This document shows positions 60,464-64,000 of a stretch of 64,000 bases of DNA, piece by piece. Location of the stretch: the IMG/VR virus record IMGVR_UViG_3300026488_000013, positions 103,051 through 167,050 of that record. One strand, written 5' to 3'. The notes under the pieces are model-generated. The model worked only from the letters and a program-made list of their open reading frames with translations. It was not told the DNA's origin and did no database searches. Position 1 is the stretch's first letter; every line of letters starts with the position of its first letter. This DNA comes from a virus. A program made the position numbers and the translations under genes.

Positions 60464-60480
60464 TTAAAAACAGTTTTTAA
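60464..60480. promoter_or_regulatory. Perfect palindrome TTAAAAAC-A-GTTTTTAA upstream of the dNMP kinase SD
   Basis: 8-bp inverted repeat with 1-nt spacer directly followed by GGAGG on the minus strand. Confidence 0.6.
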
Positions 60481-60579
60481 TTTCTAAAATTATAACCATA
60501 CTTAATTTATTAAATGTGTTTTTTCATAATCTCAAGATTGTTTTTTAATTTAAATGTATTTTACGGGTATTTAATCAGC

Positions 60580-61488
60580 ATGGTGAAAGAACTGTTAATT
60601 AAGGATTTCAATACTATGTATAAGATTATTTTTAATCAAAACAAGAATAGGGATAACACAAGATTGGAATTTAAAATATTTCAGGATGATGATAAAATCA
60701 TAGACGGTTATATAGCTATTTCCGATAAAATGAAAAATAGCGATTGGTTAGAATTACAATTTACCAGTTATAGAATACCTCATTTATATTATCGTTTTAA
60801 AGATTACGATGCAATAGCAGAATTGTTAGCAATTAGAAAAATAGAGGACATTGAAAAACCCATATTAGACGACAAATTTTTTAGATGCATAAGCTGGTGG
60901 ATTTACAGCCAAGGAGGTGATGTAGTAGAGAAAAAAATATTAACCGCAATAGAACTTAAAAATTATGATGAACTAAAACCTATATTGAGAAGTTTAATTA
61001 TAGGTGATGTCATAAATATATTCTATAAATATTCAGATGGTTTTTTAAATATCGACTTATCTGAGCTATGGTATACCAAAAGTAAATATGAACGCAAAGA
61101 GCCGTATACAAATTTCAGAACATCAGACGAATTTATAGAATTCTTCTATAAAGAAATATGGAATAAATTAGAAGAAAAAGGCAATAAAATAGAACTGGAA
61201 ATATTTAATGAATTTTGGGAATGTATAATGGAGGCAATAAAATGGTATAAAGAAAACAAATTAAAACTCAATAAAAGGAAAATTTGGTTATTGGATATTT
61301 TAAGAGCTATATATTTAATAAGGGGATATGAAATGTATGAAATTCCATACAGATATAGGTTTATATTAAACGAAGCGTTTGACCCGTTTGAGATAGAAGA
61401 TTTAAAAAACTTTTATAAAATGCAAGTTAGTGATATAATTATAAATAAATATATAATACCATTAATAGAAGAAAAAGAAATAGTTTGA
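60580..61488 (+). CDS. Hypothetical protein, paralog A
   Basis: MVKELLIKD start aligns with paralog B. Confidence 0.8.
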   Translation: MVKELLIKDFNTMYKIIFNQNKNRDNTRLEFKIFQDDDKIIDGYIAISDKMKNSDWLELQFTSYRIPHLYYRFKDYDAIAELLAIRKIEDIEKPILDDKFFRCISWWIYSQGGDVVEKKILTAIELKNYDELKPILRSLIIGDVINIFYKYSDGFLNIDLSELWYTKSKYERKEPYTNFRTSDEFIEFFYKEIWNKLEEKGNKIELEIFNEFWECIMEAIKWYKENKLKLNKRKIWLLDILRAIYLIRGYEMYEIPYRYRFILNEAFDPFEIEDLKNFYKMQVSDIIINKYIIPLIEEKEIV

Positions 61489-61632
61489 TTTTTCAATTAT
61501 TTCCTTTTTTTATTTCCTGTCAGGCACCCACCATTAAAATAGTAAGGAGTGGTTCACTTTATTAAATATGTTTTTTCATAATCTCAAGGTTGTTTTTTTA
61601 ATCTAAATGTATTTTACGGATATAAATCCCAC

Positions 61633-62535
61633 ATGGTGAAAGAGTTAGTAATAAAAGATAATTTTTTCGATTACAAAATAAGTTTTATTCAGAGCGAAGA
61701 TTTGCATATTGCAAGATTAGAATTTAAAATATCTCAGAACGAAGAAAAACTTATAGATGGATATATAGCAATTCCAAATAAAATAGGAAATAGAAATTGG
61801 TTAGAACTACATTACACTTATTATGGTTTAAAACCTATATATGAACAATTTAAAGATTATAATGCAATAGCGAAATTAATATCGATTAGAAGAATAAAAG
61901 ATATGGATAAACCTATATTGGATGATAAGCTTTTTAGATATATAAGCTGTTGGATTTATAATCAAAAAGGAAATGAAATAGAGAAAAAAATATTAACCGC
62001 AATAGAACTTAAAAATTATGATGAACTAAAACCTATATTGAGAACTTTAATTATAGGTGAAGATAAAAACATATTCTATAAATATTCAGAAGATTTATTA
62101 GATGATGAATTATATCATATATGGTTTTTTAATAGTAATTACTATCGTAAAGAGCCATATATAAAATTTGATGACTATAATGAATTTAGATATTTCTTCT
62201 ATAAAGAAATATGGAACAAATTGGAAGAGAAACAAGATGAAATAGAACTGGAAATATTTAGCGAATTCCAGAAATATATAATAAAAGCAGTAAACTGGTA
62301 TATAAAAAATAAAGAAAAACTTAATAAAAGGAAAATCTGGGTATTGGATATTTTAAGAGCTCTATATTTGGTGACCATATACGAAAGATACAAAATTCCA
62401 TATAGACACAAAATAATATTGAATAAAATATATAATAATCCATTTGATATAGTAGATTTAAAAGAATTTAGACAAGGCATTCGAAATATAATTAAATTCA
62501 GATATATTGAACCGCTAATAGAAGAAAAAGTTTAA
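61633..62535 (+). CDS. Hypothetical protein, paralog B
   Basis: Shares EKKILTAIELKNYDELKPILR, FFYKEIWNKLEEK and LNKRKIW with paralog A. Confidence 0.8.
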   Translation: MVKELVIKDNFFDYKISFIQSEDLHIARLEFKISQNEEKLIDGYIAIPNKIGNRNWLELHYTYYGLKPIYEQFKDYNAIAKLISIRRIKDMDKPILDDKLFRYISCWIYNQKGNEIEKKILTAIELKNYDELKPILRTLIIGEDKNIFYKYSEDLLDDELYHIWFFNSNYYRKEPYIKFDDYNEFRYFFYKEIWNKLEEKQDEIELEIFSEFQKYIIKAVNWYIKNKEKLNKRKIWVLDILRALYLVTIYERYKIPYRHKIILNKIYNNPFDIVDLKEFRQGIRNIIKFRYIEPLIEEKV

Positions 62536-62639
62536 ATTTCTCAATTATTTCCATTTTTTATTTTTCGTAAATCATTTATCGTTGTTTTAACAGGAAAAGT
62601 ATCTTAGATACAAATTAAAAAATAAATAATAACTTTAGG

Positions 62640-62843
62640 TTATTTATCACTAAATATTGATTCTAACAACCATTTGATTATATAATACGCAATAAATGTC
62701 GTTATATTATATTCTATGTTCAATTCGAACAATTTGTTGAATGCCCATATAACTATTAGAGGCTCTACTATAATCTATATAATTAATGCTAATAACGATA
62801 TTAATGTTAAAATATCATCATAATTTCTATTTTCATTTCTCAT
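62640..62843 (-). pseudogene. Small membrane-protein gene interrupted by an in-frame TAG (62775..62777)
   Basis: MRNENRNYDDILTLISLLALII*IIVEPLIVIWAFNKLFELNIEYNITTFIAYYIIKWLLESIFSDK-stop; the hydrophobic helix continues across the stop. Confidence 0.5.
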
Positions 62844-62962
62844 ACCTGAGAATTTATCCATATAAACAATTCCATTATTAAAAATTTAAAATATTTATCC
62901 GTTTTATAACATAATATGTTTTAAATATTAAAAACTAATATTTATAAATATTAAAAATTATA

Positions 62963-63166
62963 ATGAGAAAATATATAGAAATTAACGGAAAGAGCTTTAT
63001 TATCGAAGAACACACCGAAGCGTTCGCAGAACTGAAAAATGATAGAGCCGCCACTTTAGCAATCTTCAAACGATTCGGGGGGATATTTATTCCACCATTT
63101 GCAGTTAGGGACGAAGAAATAAAAACAATTGAAAAGATTTACAGAAAGTGGATAACTACACCTTAA
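62963..63166 (+). CDS. Small hypothetical protein
   Basis: 67-aa ORF with ATG start. Confidence 0.5.
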   Translation: MRKYIEINGKSFIIEEHTEAFAELKNDRAATLAIFKRFGGIFIPPFAVRDEEIKTIEKIYRKWITTP

Positions 63167-63177
63167 CCTTTTATTTT

Positions 63178-63564
63178 TTATTTTATTTCTACGCTCGTAT
63201 CATACATATAAACAACAATTTCAGTTCCGTCCTCTAGAGATTTTATATTTATTTCATTAAACATTCTTTGCGAATTATCAAAATATATTTTGTTGCCGGA
63301 ATAAACATTAAATTTTTCATTGTTGTTGGCTTCGTCATTGGGCACATTTGGAGAAATTTCTATAGAACCATTTCTAACATCAATCAATATCACTTTCGCA
63401 CCGAATGTGTTTAAATTAATAGTATCATTTTTTAACAATCTATACTTATTAGAATATTTAACAGGAACTGCAAAAGGGCGTACATCTAATAAGTCTAATC
63501 CGTCAATATTATAAAAATGATAAGTTGTTATTTCTGCACCGGGTTTTAATACATCGTTATCCAA
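63178..63564 (-). CDS. Hypothetical protein (5' end abuts the IS right end)
   Basis: 128-aa ORF, TTG start 3-4 nt from the IS end. Confidence 0.55.
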   Translation of the reverse strand: MDNDVLKPGAEITTYHFYNIDGLDLLDVRPFAVPVKYSNKYRLLKNDTINLNTFGAKVILIDVRNGSIEISPNVPNDEANNNEKFNVYSGNKIYFDNSQRMFNEINIKSLEDGTEIVVYMYDTSVEIK

Positions 63565-63567
63565 CTA

Positions 63568-64000
63568 TGACACTCCCCCTGCTTTAGCGGGGGTTTCTCA
63601 GGGTAGGCAAAACCCACCCTGAGCTACTCAGGGAGTATCTCACTCCCCGAGGGCGTGTCAATCCATCTACGAGGAGCTTTACACTCCCCGATACTTTTTC
63701 TATAAACCTTTTGAAGAGGTTTATCGCTCCCACCCCGTCCCTGTGGTAGCTAAAACCACATCTGGGGCAAATGTAGTTCCTATCCTTTGGCTTGTATTTA
63801 TTCCCACATACAGGGCATAGTTGGGTGGTGTAGCTTTCATCTTCCTCTACCACCACTATGCCCTCTCCCTCTAGCTTGTATTTAAGCTTTTGCAAAAGTT
63901 TGTTAAATCGCCACATTAAGTGGATTTTCTGATTGGCGTTTTTGTTGTGTTTCGCCCTATCCCTTATTCCCTTAACCCTGCCTATTACCACCGTCCCTAT
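63568..64000 (-). mobile_element. IS200/IS605-family element, right part
   Basis: Abrupt GC rise; tnpB; terminal hairpin GAAACCCCCGCTAAAGCAGGGGGAGTGTCA. Confidence 0.85.
63584..64000 (-). CDS. tnpB: RNA-guided endonuclease TnpB, C-terminal part
   Basis: LKYKLEGEGI, DESYTTQLCPVCG, YICPRCG..HRDGVGAINL (Zn ribbon + RuvC-III); frame is open to the window edge. Confidence 0.92.
   Translation of the reverse strand: MGTVVIGRVKGIRDRAKHNKNANQKIHLMWRFNKLLQKLKYKLEGEGIVVVEEDESYTTQLCPVCGNKYKPKDRNYICPRCGFSYHRDGVGAINLFKRFIEKVSGSVKLLVDGLTRPRGVRYSLSSSGWVLPTLRNPR

Larger units (their letters stand above)
60506..62568 (+). repeat. Tandem duplication (~1.01-kb units 60506..61520 and 61558..62568)
   Basis: Upstream, coding and downstream sequences all align; 37-bp spacer. 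Confidence 0.9.

Noticed and set aside
2149-63514. Numerous 60-270 aa plus-strand ORFs antisense to long genes (e.g. 16400..16834, 23995..24525, 44191..45009)
   Set aside because: S/F/I/L-rich shadow frames expected opposite K/E/N-rich genes in AT-rich DNA; no SD or motifs.
1-64000. Assigning a host (thermophilic bacterium or archaeon)
   Set aside because: K/E/I-rich proteins, inteins and Hjc/RFC-like genes are suggestive, but all occur in bacterial jumbo phages; this needs database comparison, e.g. of the TnpB element.

Overview
This is a very AT-rich (roughly 25% GC by eye), gene-dense segment of a large tailed-phage genome of the jumbo type (phiKZ/AR9-like gene content), with almost all genes on the minus strand. 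It encodes a ~900-aa portal, baseplate-like proteins, DnaB-like and SNF2 helicases, primase, a clamp loader and probable clamp, NrdA/NrdB, ThyX, a dNMP kinase, a Holliday-junction resolvase, multisubunit RNA polymerase beta/beta' pieces from apparently two RNAPs, and a TnpB element at the right edge. The most striking feature is that both polymerases are fractured at their catalytic motifs by split inteins. (1) The family-B DNA polymerase is encoded by three genes. Two are joined by a cysteine-free Ser1/Thr+1 split intein inside motif A, with the halves 3.6 kb apart and four genes between them. The third carries motif C and the thumb fused to a uracil-DNA glycosylase. (2) An RNAP beta' C-half begins with a near-complete intein that lacks block A and ends in a non-canonical Gln-Asp/Thr, exactly where the NADFDGD catalytic motif should be; its partner is outside the window. 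Non-coding signals include eight co-oriented copies of a ~43-bp motif in three AT-rich gaps, a palindromic AAAAACWGTTTTT box before DNA-metabolism genes, two GC-rich structured RNA candidates, and scattered IS200/IS605-like end remnants. All assignments come from motif reading by eye; no database searches were run, so novelty is unverified.
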